Origin: Raja brachyura
Lineage: Eukaryota
NCBI GenBank assembly: GCA_963514005.1
Contig: OY740782.1
Span: 32,364,001-32,428,000, forward strand
Length of the DNA: 64,000 bases
Direction: 5' to 3'
In this document: positions 1 to 11,953 of the stretch, one piece after another
Layout of the letters: each line of letters starts with the position of its first letter
Numbering within the stretch: the stretch's first letter is position 1
The notes under the pieces: generated by a model
What the model saw: only the letters and a program-made list of their open reading frames with translations
What the model was told of the DNA's origin: nothing
Database searches by the model: none
Translations under genes and position numbers: made by a program

Positions 1-1020
1 ACATCTACTGGCTCCCCCTTGTCCATTTTCCTAGTTACATCCTCAAATAATTCCAGAAGATTAGTCAAGCATGATTTCCCTTTCGTAAATCCATGCTGAC
101 TTAGACTGATCCTGTTACTGCTATCCAAATGTGCCACAATTTCATCTTTTATGATTTACGCAAGCATCTTCCCCACCACCATCGATGTCAGGCTAACTGT
201 TCTATAGTTCCAAGTTTTCTTCCTCCCTCCCTCCCTCCCTCCTTTCTAAAAAACTGGGCTAACATTAGCTACCCTCCAATCCACTGGAATGGATCCTGAA
301 TCAAGAGAACATTGGGAAATTATAACCAACGTGTCAATGATTTATAGAGCCACTTCCTTAAGTACCCTGGGATGCAGACCATCAGCCCTGGGGATTTATC
401 AGCCTTCAGTCCCATCCGTCTACCCAACACCATTTCCTGACCAATGTGAATTTCCTTCAGTTCCTCTGTCACCCTAGATCCTCTGGCCACTAGTACACCA
501 GGGAAATTGTTTGACTAATTAATTAACTAAATCTATCCCAAATGGGAGTAAATGCAAAGATTGTTTATGTCTTCCTTAGTGAATACAGATCCAAAGTACT
601 TGTTCAACTCGTCTGCCATTTCCTTGTTCCCCATAATAAATTCACCTGTTTCTGTCATCAAGGATCTAACTTTGGTCTGAATTATTTTTTTCCTCTTCAC
701 ATACCTAAAGAAGATTTTACTATCTTCCTTTATATTCTTGGCTAGCTTACCTTCGTACCTCATCTTTTCTCCCCGTATTGCCTTTTTAGTTATCTTCTGT
801 TGGTCTTTAAAAGTTTCCCAATCCTCTGTCTTCCTGCTCATCTTTGCTTTTCATACTTCTTCACTTTTATTTTTACACTGTCCTTGACTTCCCTTGTCCA
901 CCATGGTTGCCTCTTACTCCCCTTAGAATCTTTCTTCCTCTTTGGAATGAACTGATCCTGCACCCTCTGTATTATTCCCAGAAATACCTGCCATTGTTGT
1001 TTCACTGTCATCCCTGCTAG
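1..1020 (-). mobile_element. CR1/HER1-like LINE ORF2 fragment (decayed)
   Basis: Minus-strand ORF 533..841 (YEGKLAKNIKEDSK.FFRYVKRK..MADELNKYFGSVFT) matches the CR1 ORF2 copies at 19289 and 34435. Confidence 0.9.
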
Positions 1021-1023
1021 GAT

Positions 1024-1200
1024 AGGCTGGGACTATCCCAACGTTTAAGAAGCTGTTAGACAGGTACATGGATAGGACAGGTTCGGAGGGAAACGGACCA
1101 AACACAGGCAGGTGGGACTACTGCAGCTGGGACATGTTAGCCGGTGTGGGCAAGTTGGGCGAAAGGCCTGTTTCCACACTGTATCACTCTCTGACTCTAG
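1024..1200 (+). mobile_element. CR1-type LINE 3' tail fragment
   Basis: tttaagaagctgttagacaggtacatggatagg...ggcctgtttccacactgtatcactct; same family as 62329-62538. Confidence 0.75.
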
Positions 1201-1224
1201 GACTCTAATAGTCTACACCTTTAT

Positions 1225-1765
1225 TCTTTCTACCAAAGCGCATGGCTGTACATTTTGCTATACTGTATTCCATTTGCCAATTCTTTGCCCACTATCCTAA
1301 CCTGTTCAAGTCCTTCTGCATTCTCCCAGCTACCTGAATATTACCCGCCCCTCCATTTACATTTGTATCATCTGCAAACTTGGCCACAATGTTATCGATT
1401 CCTTCATCCAGATTGTGAAAAGTATGGTACCCAACAATGACGCCTGCGGAAAACCGCACGTCACAAGCGGCCAACCAGAAAAGCCCCACTTTATTCCCTC
1501 TTTTTGCTTTCCGTCAGTCAGACAATTTTCTATACATTGCTTGTACCTCGCCTCTAATACCAGGAATCATACTTATTTAGCTGCCTCACATGAGGCACCT
1601 TATCAAAGGCCTTCTGAAAATCTAAGAAAACACATCCACTAATTCTTCTTTGAGTATCCTGCTTGTTACTTCCTCAAAGAATTCCAACAGATTTGTTAGG
1701 CAAGTTCTCCCCTTCACAAAACCATGCTGACATTGGGCTATTTTATCATCTGCTTCCAAGTTCAT
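1225..1765 (-). mobile_element. CR1-like LINE RT fragment
   Basis: ORF 1292..1489 contains NLDEGID..AKFADDT, the CR1 RT motif. Confidence 0.8.
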
Positions 1766-4700
1766 TCGCCATGATTTGTGCAGATGTTTTTAACTTCCTG
1801 CTGTGTATGATTTTTGACACTTATGCAACCAAGTAATTAGCTGTTGACTGCAAAGGTATAATTTTGGCAAATTACATGATGAGAAACATGCCTGTGTGTA
1901 CAATATAAATATATGTGGAACCTGTCATTGTAAATGCAAGTGACGTACGAGTCATATTTCTGTACAGCAGTTCTTTGAATTGTTACTGGGTTGTTCTGTC
2001 AACCCCTTTTAAATAGACCTTTCTACCCAACTGATTCGTAGTACTTTTGAAATTTTAATAATAAACTCCTTAATCATAAATCAAGTGATTGTGCTTCAGT
2101 TTGTTGTCCCTGAGTCTCATAGCCTTGAATGCTGTATGTATTGTGTCCTATAGGAGACAAGGGGAAATCAACTAAATGGTATGAGAAACCTGTTTGGCTA
2201 TACAGGCTGGGGATTGTATGAAAGGCCTTGTGCTTTTGCCTGTCCTAACTCCACAAATCATTTGTTCTCTTGAAGAAATTACACTGATTTTGTTGCCAAA
2301 ATAACAGCATGCTTAATGGTGTTCATCATGACTGATGTGTATGTAATCCGACAGTTTGTGGCAAGGAAAAAATAACCCGTGAATAGGAAATTTGTAGAAT
2401 TATAATCATGGGATCCAGGGCAAAATGCTAAATTATCTTGGAGATGGGAGAGAGGTAAGGAAAGTATGCTCAGAAGTTTCCCCATGGTAAGAGAGTCTAC
2501 ACTAGCAGACAAAGATTTAAAGTTAGAGAGGAAAGATTAAATAATAAATTAAATCACACACAACAAGCTACCAGAAGAAGTGGTAGAGACAGGTACAATT
2601 GCAATATTTATATCACACTTGGACGGGTAAATGGACAGGATAAATATTGAAACAAAGCAAGTGCTGGTTAATACACAAAAGGACACAAAATGGTGGAGTA
2701 ACTCAGCAGGTTCAGGCAACATCTCCAGAGAACATGGATAGCTGACCTTTCAGGTCAATAATCTTCATCAGACAGGATAAATCTGGAAAGGATAACTATG
2801 GGCCAGGTGCATTCCAGTGGGATTCGCTCATTTTGGCAAATTAGTTGGCATGGACCAGTTGAACTGAGGGGCTTATTTCCATGCTGCCTAGCTCTATGTC
2901 TTAGTCAGATAATGCAGCCCTCCAATCAAGCAAATCATTGTATTGTCCAAACGAGTCCCATTTACTATTGCTACACTCTTATTGGTTCATGGTTTTAGTA
3001 GCTAGCAGCACATACATTTTGGGCTGAAGGCGGAGGGAAAAAGATAAAGGGCAATGTGAGATGCCCTGTTCCAGCAAGTTACACGTCGATATGGGATGCT
3101 TGTTTCACGATCAGCACCCGCGGTTATCCCATGATTGGTTGGTGATGTATTAACAGTTAGGGATTATAAGAGTCTATAATCTGTTTCTGTTGGTTGACAG
3201 AACTGAATTCTAAGACTTTTTGAGAATGCTCTTGTATTTTCAATTGTTGTAAGAGCGCCGAAAAATCCCGAAAGAGAACAGGCTGGCACCAGATCCACTG
3301 ACTACCTGTCATTTATGGCCAGGTGATGAAAACCAAGCATTGGACTCCCTGCAGATATAAATGAGGGTTAATGCCAGACCTAGCAGCTTTTTGACGTATG
3401 CAAAATCATTGTAACCAAGTAACACCAGGATTGTGCCAGTCAGTTGTTGAATGTAGTCGGTCCAATTTGCAGACTGGAAAACATACACAATAATAGAGCA
3501 GCTTCTACTCTGCCAGTTCAAAACATTTGAAGCAATTACTGCTGTAGAAATATTTTGAAGTCTGCTTGCATATATCGGGGGAATAGGGGTACAGTATTCT
3601 AAAATACTGCCTTTTATGCTTCAAAGCTGTAAATGTTTTCAGTTTTTAACAGTTTAAAATGTTAAAGTCAGCTGAAATCTAAATTTCAAAATTTAAAATA
3701 TGAATCCAAAACAATTAAAACAATTTTTTTTAAAAAAAGATTTGCCTTCCCCAGTCCTCCAGCTCAGTAATTCCCATTGTAACCCAGCACAGATTATGAG
3801 ACCAATTTTTGTTTTCATCCCCACACCTGCATGAACTGCCACCCTCACACCTCTTCCATCCCAACTTAACCTTCCCCCATTGGCAGCAATGAAATTATTT
3901 GTTTCAATGATGCCTTGCACTGCAGGGAGACTGGCCAGCTGGTGAAGGAATGCACTCGCTTTCCACAGGGAAAACGATAAAAGTGTTCCCTCCAGGAAGA
4001 AGCTTGTTTGATGCTTTGTGCACAGAGAATTTATTTGACATCAGAATGTTGTGCAGTAATGCAACACTTCGGTCGCCTTCATGACCGCTGGGTACAACTG
4101 GCCAATGCTAAAAATGTATTGGGAGGTTGGGCTCCGGTGGGCTAATAACCTTCACCAATCATGCACAATGAAGGTAAGTATCTTCTAACAAACTGCAGGC
4201 AAATGCTTTTGGGCATGAACATGTAATTGCTGGCACAAATACGTGAGGCACACCTGCTTTAGTGGTTCTTTTAATTTTCTCCAAGTTGTGTATGGGAGGT
4301 GGATGGAGTTGAATCTTGTGGGAATACTTATTCCAAGCACTCTGCATGCTGCAATATAACAGCATCAACAACAGGCTCTCACAGGGAAAAGAAATAGAGT
4401 GAAACTGTTGCAAAATGCAGAACTAAAAGCACTAAGGATTTCACGAGAAGCAAAATTAACTGTAGAATTATTATTCAAATGTAAATTTAAGTTATGTGGT
4501 AGATCAGTAAATAGTACAAGTATTTATCTTAATGGGTTAGTGGCACCAGTCGAGTGCCTAGCTGAAAATGCTGATTTCTGCCTTGCATCCAGTTAGCAAC
4601 CTGCCGTTAGATACAAAACATTAATTTTACTTCAGAGTCGCGTGAGAGATTCCGTGAAGAAATCCCACCAGTGCGCATGCGTGTCATTACGTCAGCCGCA

Positions 4701-4831
4701 TTGGTGCACGGAGGCTGGGAGGAACAGAACTCCTCCAGCCGTAAGTATTTATATTTCAGGTAAGTGGCAAACACTTAGCTGGAGTTCTGGTCCGTTTGCT
4801 GTGGTGCCGTTTATTGTTTCCTAGTAGCAAC

Positions 4832-5960
4832 ATGGACAAGACGGGCAAGGGAAGAGGCGAGCCGGAGCAAAATCTATAGACAGTCGCGGGAGTGCGGTCT
4901 GTGAACGACTGCCTCATACCCCTGCACAGTTGCTGGCTGAGAGCGGGGCGACTGCAGACTTGGTGTTACAAAGCACGGAGCCTGCGCCAGTCGGGCGCAA
5001 GGCAACGCACAAGTCTGTTAGGCCCACGGAATTGGGGGAAGATTCCCCTCTGGGGCTGGATACCATTTTTGAATGGTATCCAGGGCACACTCCAGGAGGA
5101 GGAGTGGTGTCAGAGCCAGGCTGGAGAAGAGGCCGCGCCAGCAGTACCTAGTAGAGGGCTGCTCGATAGCACCCTCATTGACGATGTGCGTGCAATGGGT
5201 CAGCTGAGTTCTGACCCCGACTCTGACGGTGAGGTTGAGCCAAGCGAAGAATGGCAGCTGCCAGATGCCCCATCTCTGGCAGCACAATTCGCTGTCCCAT
5301 CAGGAGAGCCACTGGGAGAAGAGCTGGCCTCCACAATAAATTACATGGTGTCCCATCAGCTCCAGGAACGATGGACGAGACCGCCAAAAACACGAGACCC
5401 TGAGGAACTGCGTGTTGTTAAAAGTACCCGCAGTAAACCAGATAATATGGGGTCAGATGGGCGTGGGCATGCCCGCCCAAGAAATAAAGCTGCAGAGAAT
5501 CCTGAAGCTGTTGGGTTCAGGAATCACGGCGTTCGCTAGATGGATGGAGGACATGTCTCAGTGACGCATCAAGAGGCACTAGGGTTGCTGTGCAGCGCCC
5601 ACTTTGAGATCAACTCTCAGGAAGAGTGCTATTCGGTCCACCATCAACCCGAAGTTTGCAGCGCTCTGCAAGCCCACCAACGTGCAACCACCCAACTTAC
5701 TCTTTGGAGAGGACCTCACGAAACGAAGGAGTTGGATGATGAAGCAAAAATGGCGGGCTTGATTAAGACAAAGATGGGCGGCAAACCTGTAAGGGGAAGA
5801 TATCCCTACAGAAGAGGTGCAGATTCCGGGCCTACACCAGGAACAAGCTGGCCGTTGACACAGGTGCGCAGTTGGCGCTCTGCAGCGGGAAAACGAACAA
5901 ACGCGGGGCTTCCCGCCAGGAACTGGGGACATCAGGTCACACCAGTTACCAAGGATGTAG
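4832..5960 (+). pseudogene. DIRS gag-like ORF1 (frameshifted)
   Basis: ATG at 4832. Peptide GEPLGEELASTINYMVSHQLQE is homologous to MEENLATNIDYMVSHPLQE in the second DIRS. Confidence 0.75.
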
Positions 5961-6859
5961 GTGGGCCTGGTTCTCATGGGAACATATTAAGTACAACACA
6001 GCCGAAAGTTGGGGGTAAATTACATCTGTTCTATGAGGAATGGAAGCAAATTACCTCCGATCCATTTATCATGATTATTATTCAAGGGTTTTCGAATTGA
6101 GTTTGATCCAAGTGGTGATTTGCCCCTCCAGCATGTCCCGAGCAGAACACTCCATTTTTCACAAATGGAAGTAATAGAGGTTCAGGCTGAGCTTGAAAAT
6201 TTGTGTAATAAAGGAGTAATTGAAAGGACGGTTCACCAAGTCCATCAATTTGTGTCAAATATATTTCCCTGACCAAAAAAGGACGGAAGCTGTAGAATTA
6301 TTTTGGATCTGTCAAATCTTAACCCTTTTCTACAGTATAGACACTTCAAAATGGAAACATTTGTTACTGCCAAGCAACTGATTTCCAGAGGATGTTATAT
6401 GACAACCATAGGTCTGAAAGATGCGCATTACTCAGTGTCTGTTCATTTGGAGGATAGAAAGTATTTGAAATTTACCTGGATTAATCAATTATGGCAATTC
6501 AAGGCACTGCCTAATGGGTTAACTTCAGCTCCTAGAATATTCACTAAATTGTTAAAGCCAGTACTGGGGCTACTTAGAGCCCAGGGTCATGTGGTTATGG
6601 CTTATCTGGATGATATCTTCATTATAGGATAAACAAGTGAATTAGCTGAAGCATCTGTGGCAGTTGTTAAATTCACTCTTGAAAAATTAGGGTTTGTCAT
6701 TCATCCAGAGAAATCCAAATTAACACCACTTACAACAATTGACTATTTGGGTTTCGCAATTGATTCAATTCACATGGTAGTGACTCTGCCCAGGGAGAAA
6801 AGGGTGGAGCTGATTGATGGTTGCATTAAGCTTTTGAAGGAGCAACAACCTTCAATGGG

Positions 6860-9059
6860 TTAGGGTTACATTACTGGGCTAAACTTTGTGGGTGTAATGA
6901 TACCTTCCCAGCGAGGTGTTTGTTGCAAGAGGAGGATGATGGTAACAAATATTACACATTTTTTGTAATTATAAATCAGTGGGCTAGGAAGTTGGGTTTG
7001 GAACATGGGGGTATTATAGAGCATATGTTATGGCTACCTGTGCCCTATTGGGTTCTTCCTGAACTGGTTATTGAGCTTGCGTTTCTTGAGGGAAAAGATA
7101 AGCGTGAGGTGACTCCAAGAATAATGGAATATTTTAATTTAATTCGTGAGAGCACTTTGATTGTTTTCACAGATGGATCTAAGGACCCAGTTAGTGGGAG
7201 AGCTGGGTTTGGAGTGTATGTGGAGCAGCTTGGGTTGAGGTTTGGTCGACGCATTTCTGATGGAAGCTCTGTTCTCACGACTGAATTAATGGCAATTCAA
7301 TGGGCTCTATGGTGCATTGAGGAAGCCAGTTTTAGAGAAGTCATTATCTGTTCCGATTCTGTAGCTGCTCTTGAAACTTTAAGAGCGGGGAAATCTAAAG
7401 CTCGTCCTGACATTCTAAATGAAATCTTGGGTGTGTTTTCCAGAATTGGGTTTGCGTATAATATCACCTTTTGCTGGGTTCCTGGGCATGCTGGAGTGAG
7501 GGGGAATGAGCAGGTGGACCTCGTAGCAAAGGTAAGTTTAAAAAGAGAAATAGATATTCATGTATCATTGGGGAGAGTGGAATTGAGAGAAATAATTAAA
7601 GAGGGCTTAATAAAAGAATGGCAGAGAGGATGGGAAAAGGAAGTCAGGGGTAGACATTACTTTTCTATTCAATCTTAAGTTAGGAAAATATGTTTCTGTA
7701 CATCTCTGTCTCGTAGGGACTCAGTTAAATTGTGTAGGTTGAAATTGGGACACTGTGGGTAGGTATGTTACAAAACTTACCTTTAGCGGCGCTGCACTTC
7801 TGCCGCTCCCCGTGTGCGCGACTTTAGCGCCTGTCAGAGGGGGGCGGGCTTAAAGTGCCGATTTTCACCAGACCAGGATAATCGATGAATGTCGGGCGAT
7901 TTAATTGCGGAAGAAAAATCGCTCCGACATTTCATCCATTAAGGTATTTTTAAATTACTCTAAGTTATTTGTTAACTAGAGTAATTTAAAAATCACCTTC
8001 AAAAGCCGTGACCGCAGACCACCGGAAGCATTTTCCGTAGGGGAGAAAAAAAGGTAAATACTTTATTTTTTTATTAAAAGTTGGTTTTTTGGGAGGCATA
8101 AATACTATTTTAATGTTGCGAAATGGGTTCCCCAAAAAATGTATGAACCCCCAGTATTTTCCCCCCCGACTTCACCGCTAACCGCAACGTTCTAATCCAC
8201 CGCATTCCACTAAAACCCACTCGCTAGTTGATTTAAATGGCCATTTATTTACAGGCATTAAACACTAAATTCCTTCCATTTGGCCCAGAAATTCATGAAA
8301 ATGAGATTTAAAAATTATGTTATATTGTGGATTATTGTGTGAATGTTATTTGGACACTTAGGCAATTAAAAAAAAGTTTATCTTTTCTTAAGAAATTGAT
8401 AGATGTTTAGATCTACTCATTGAATTTTGTAATTAGCTACAATTAGATAACTAACTAATTATATACTTTAATTTCAGGTAATCCAAGTAAGATTGTTTAA
8501 TATTTGTTTCAGAATGCTTCAATCTATAATGACTGAAAATTTCATTGAGTTCTCTTAATTTTTAATAAAGTTATGGGCTTTTAATTTTTCCAGATCACAG
8601 CTTTTGAGTTAAGTCAATTGAAAGGCAATGGGAAGCAAGATACTCATTTCCGAGCATGAAAATTGCCATAACTTTCTTAATACTGAAGATATGAAAGTAA
8701 ATTAGGTGTCAAATTAAACTTCTTGTTATGCTTTATCTGATGGGATAAATTGCAGACTTGATTTTTAAAATCTCAAAATTTTGTAACATTGCTACTGTGG
8801 GTTAAATTATTATTTGTACATTATCGGGAAACATGTTTCTGGCTTGTGTGAATGTGGGAGTGATGAGACAGTTAAGCATGTTTTCCTAGAATGTAAAAAG
8901 TATAGGGTAGAAAGAAAAGTATTGTTAGTTAGACTGATGGGACTTGGTGTTGAGGCTTTTTCTGTTTTATCTTTGTTTGGGCATAATGAGAAACAGCAAT
9001 TGATATTCAGGGCTGTTCTTCAATTCCTGCATATGACAGGATTGTATGTAAGAATCTAG
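6860..9059 (+). pseudogene. C-terminal ORF2 of the nested LINE (RNase H plus CCHC), split by a stop at 7676-7678 and the TIR element
   Basis: ORFs 6920..7678 and 8814..9059. The frame LGHCGLNYYL is restored when 7761-8802 is removed. Confidence 0.85.
7761..8793. mobile_element. Non-autonomous DNA transposon (1033 bp), superfamily uncertain
   Basis: Imperfect TIRs aggtatgttacaaaa / ttttgtaacattgct. Flanking 9-bp direct repeat actgtgggt (7752-7760, 8794-8802). No ORF. Confidence 0.88.
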
Positions 9060-10129
9060 TTCAAACTCTGAACTGTGGAAGGCAGTAATACACCTAGCAG
9101 CGTCTACACTGCCAGAACCCGAAAAAAAGAAAGAAAGAAAAGAACCTTCAATGGGCCTTTGCACTACAGCAGTTACAGAGGGCAAAGGAACAGGCACTCA
9201 GGATACATTCGGGCCATTATAATAGGCCCATGCAGTTATCAGCAGATGCTGTTACTGATCTGCAGTTGTGGATTCAGCATGTCTCCAGTAGTTCCAGCAA
9301 AGTAGTGCTTGAACAACCTTCCATGGTCTTACAGACTGATGTCAGTGCACTCGGAAGGGGTGCCACTGCTACGAGCTCCAGCTATGGAAGCAGATGGAAT
9401 GCGGAAGAGGCATTGCTTCTGCAGACATAGGGAATTAACTACTTAGAGCTTTTGGGAGCTTTTTATGGGCTCAAGTCTTATTGTTCTAACACAAGTAACC
9501 TGCATGTGCAGCTTCAAATTGACAACACTACGGCAGTGGGGTATGTTAATCACATGGGTGGCATCAAGACGGTATCTCGTGACAAACTGGCTAATCAAAT
9601 CTGGACCTGGTGTAGTGACAATAATATTTGGCTTTCAGCTATTTATCTACCAGGTAGATTCAATATAGTAGCAGACACCAGGGCACGAAAATTCCATAAC
9701 AACACAGAGTGGATGTCGAATCGGGACGTATTCAATGATATAGTTGTCAAATATGGAAGGCCAGATATCGACTTGTTCGCATCCAGACTCAATCACCAGC
9801 TACCTAAATATGTGTCGTGGGAACCAGATCCTAGGGCAGTAGCGAGTTGCGCTTTCTCGCTACTTTGGGGTGGTATGTTTTTATTTGCATTTCCACCATT
9901 CTGTCTCGTATGTCGGTGTCTGCTTAAAATCAAGCAGGATGCCGCTTAAGGGGTGCTGATGATGTCCGGCTGGCCTACTCAGCCATGGTTCCCTTTGATA
10001 ATGGAGTTGATGACACAACCCCTGATGGCTGTTCCCAAACAAAGGGATTTACTGGTGCACCCGATAACTGGCGAATGGAATCCGTTATATGACCGTATTG
10101 ATTTGTTAATTTGCAGGTTTTAAGAAGGC

Positions 10130-11086
10130 CATATCTGGGGTGAGGATTGTCTGGGTGAGCTGTGGACATGCTCACTGCAGCCTGGAGGATGAGTACTCAA
10201 AAGCAGTATATTTCTTATGTAAAAAAATGGGAAGTTTTCTGTGTATAAAATAATATCGAATATTGTACGGCAGGTATTTCGCATGTTCTAGAGTTCCTGT
10301 CAACACTCTATTATGATGAGGGGTTGAGTTATAGTGTGATCAATTCAGCCAGAAGTGCTTTGTCTTCATACTTATTGATGGGGTCAGACAAACATCCTAT
10401 TGCGTCTCATTTTCTCGTTTCTCGATTGATGAAAGGAATTTTTAACTCCAGACCCCCTGAACCCAGATATATGGCAATCTGGGAAGTAAGCGTGGTCCTC
10501 AAGCTACTTCATCAGTGGACCCCTGTCACATCTGTCTTTGGCCAAAGTCACCATGAAGGTGGTCATGCTCATGGCACTGGTATCAGCACAACGAGTGCAG
10601 ACATTGCAAAAGCTGCAGCTAGACAGAATGGAAGTGGCTGCAGACAATGTTACGTTCTACATTTATGACCTACTCAAACAAAGCAGGCCAGGTGTGACAG
10701 GGTTCAAGATTGTTTTTTTTCAGCATATAACACGGATCCATGTCCATGTGTAAACACACATTTGCTGCAATACATTGACGCTACGAGGGCCTTACAAAAC
10801 ATGGAAACAGGATTGTTTGTCAGTTACAAGAAGCCACATAAGAGAGTGTTAGTACAGATTATATTGAGGTGGTTGAAACAAGTATTGGTTGATGCAGGTT
10901 GATGACGTTTTCACATCTCATTCCACTAGAGCAGCAGCAACGTCGGCGGCAAGGGCGATGGACGTGCCCATCGACCATATTTTGGCAGCTGCCGGGTGGT
11001 CAAATGAGTTGGCTTTTCAACCCTTCTACCATCGGCCGATTGCCGATCCGGGGCTGTGTGCCAGTACTGTTTTAAGTTATGTTTAA
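10130..11086 (+). pseudogene. DIRS tyrosine recombinase (frameshifted)
   Basis: SYSVINSARSALS; MLMALVSAQRVQTL; HSTRAAATSAA..AAGWS..FY (catalytic R..HxxR..Y pattern). Confidence 0.92.
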
Positions 11087-11259
11087 GTTCCCCCTGGGTT
11101 AGAGGGGTTACTGTTGTTTTGACATTCAAATAAATTTGTTACTGCATTTAAATGCAATGTCAACATTAATGCATTATTGATTATTTTGCATCCGAGTCAA
11201 TCAATGCAGTGAGAAGCCGGGATTTGAATCTGCGGCATGAAATCACAAAGCTTTAAACC

Positions 11260-11370
11260 CTTCACGGAATCACTCACATGACTCCGAAGTAAAATAGTAA
11301 GATTAAATGAGAACTTACCGGTTTTAAGAATGATCTTTATTTTATGACGAGTTACGTTGGTGATTATGTG
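11260..11370 (+). repeat. Internal complementary region (ICR) of DIRS-A
   Basis: Reverse complement of both element termini, joined at 11294/11295. About 13 mismatches in 111 bp. Confidence 0.9.
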
Positions 11371-11953
11371 CCCTCCACGCCCAACCCTCTATCACAAAGG
11401 TCATCTGGTAGTTCTCAAGTTGCTCATCTTACTATGTTACTTCGATAATTGTTATTTGTGATTTCATACTGCTGCTTTGAAGATTGACGCGCATGCACAC
11501 TGGCGGGACTTCTTCACGTAATCACCAACGTACCGCCTCATGAAATAAAGATCAAACTTCAAACTGGTAAGTTCTCATTTAATCTTACTAATATAGAGTA
11601 TTATGTCAGAACTAAGACCCAGTGGCTGGATGAACAAAGAGCCAGCGGGCTGTAGCCTTTAGGGGAAAGCTGCCGAGCCCCCCGCGATCAAGCAAGGCGG
11701 CAGGGTTGGCTCACCACCACGAAGAAAGAGCCGGCATGCCACTGGCTGTTGGGGAAAGCTCAGAAGCTGCTGAGATCAGCCCCGAAGACCAGATAGTTGG
11801 GGAGGAAGGAGTCGCTGGTGACGACGGGCACAAGGAGAGGGCCGGTAGGAGAGAGACCGGGGCATTGCCTCCAGCGACTTCAAGGTCGGCTGCAGGAGGC
11901 CTCCTTGCGACACGAAGGTGGTTGGATGAGAAGACAGATGTCGGTTCGCGGGA

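Larger units (their letters stand above)
6860..9142 (+). mobile_element. 5'-truncated RNase H-encoding non-LTR retrotransposon (I group, Nimb-like)
   Basis: 13-bp TSD aaccttcaatggg (6847-6859, 9143-9155). RNase H motifs FTDGSK/ELMAI/ICSDS/WVPGHAGVRGNEQVD, C-terminal CECGSDETVKHVFLEC knuckle, 3' stem ggcagt..actgcc and (GAAA)n tail. Confidence 0.9.
5990..10122 (+). pseudogene. DIRS RT-RNase H-methyltransferase-like ORF, interrupted by the insertion at 6860-9142
   Basis: VGGKLHLFYEEW; RIILDLSNLN..HFKMET; ALPNGLTSAPRIFTK; YLDD; RNase H LQTD..LQIDNTTAV.YVNHMGG; MT-like DIDLFASRLN..FAFPPF. Stops and frameshifts present. Confidence 0.92.
4625..11590 (+). mobile_element. DIRS1-like tyrosine-recombinase retrotransposon, full length, decayed, with nested insertions (DIRS-A)
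   Basis: Domain order gag-RT-RNaseH-MT-YR. ITRs at about 4650-4686 and 11485-11520. ICR 11260-11370 is complementary to the 5' end (ttttacttcagagtc...) and to the 3' end (...ttaatcttacta). Confidence 0.95.

Noticed and set aside
4500-4624. Extension of the duplication to the left of DIRS-A (versus about 43070-43120)
   Set aside because: Only a short, gapped resemblance, far below the identity of the real duplicon.
6857-6868. GGGTTAGGGTTA at the LINE 5' junction, suggesting telomerase healing
   Set aside because: It is in frame with the LINE ORF (LGLHYWAKL) and only two units long.
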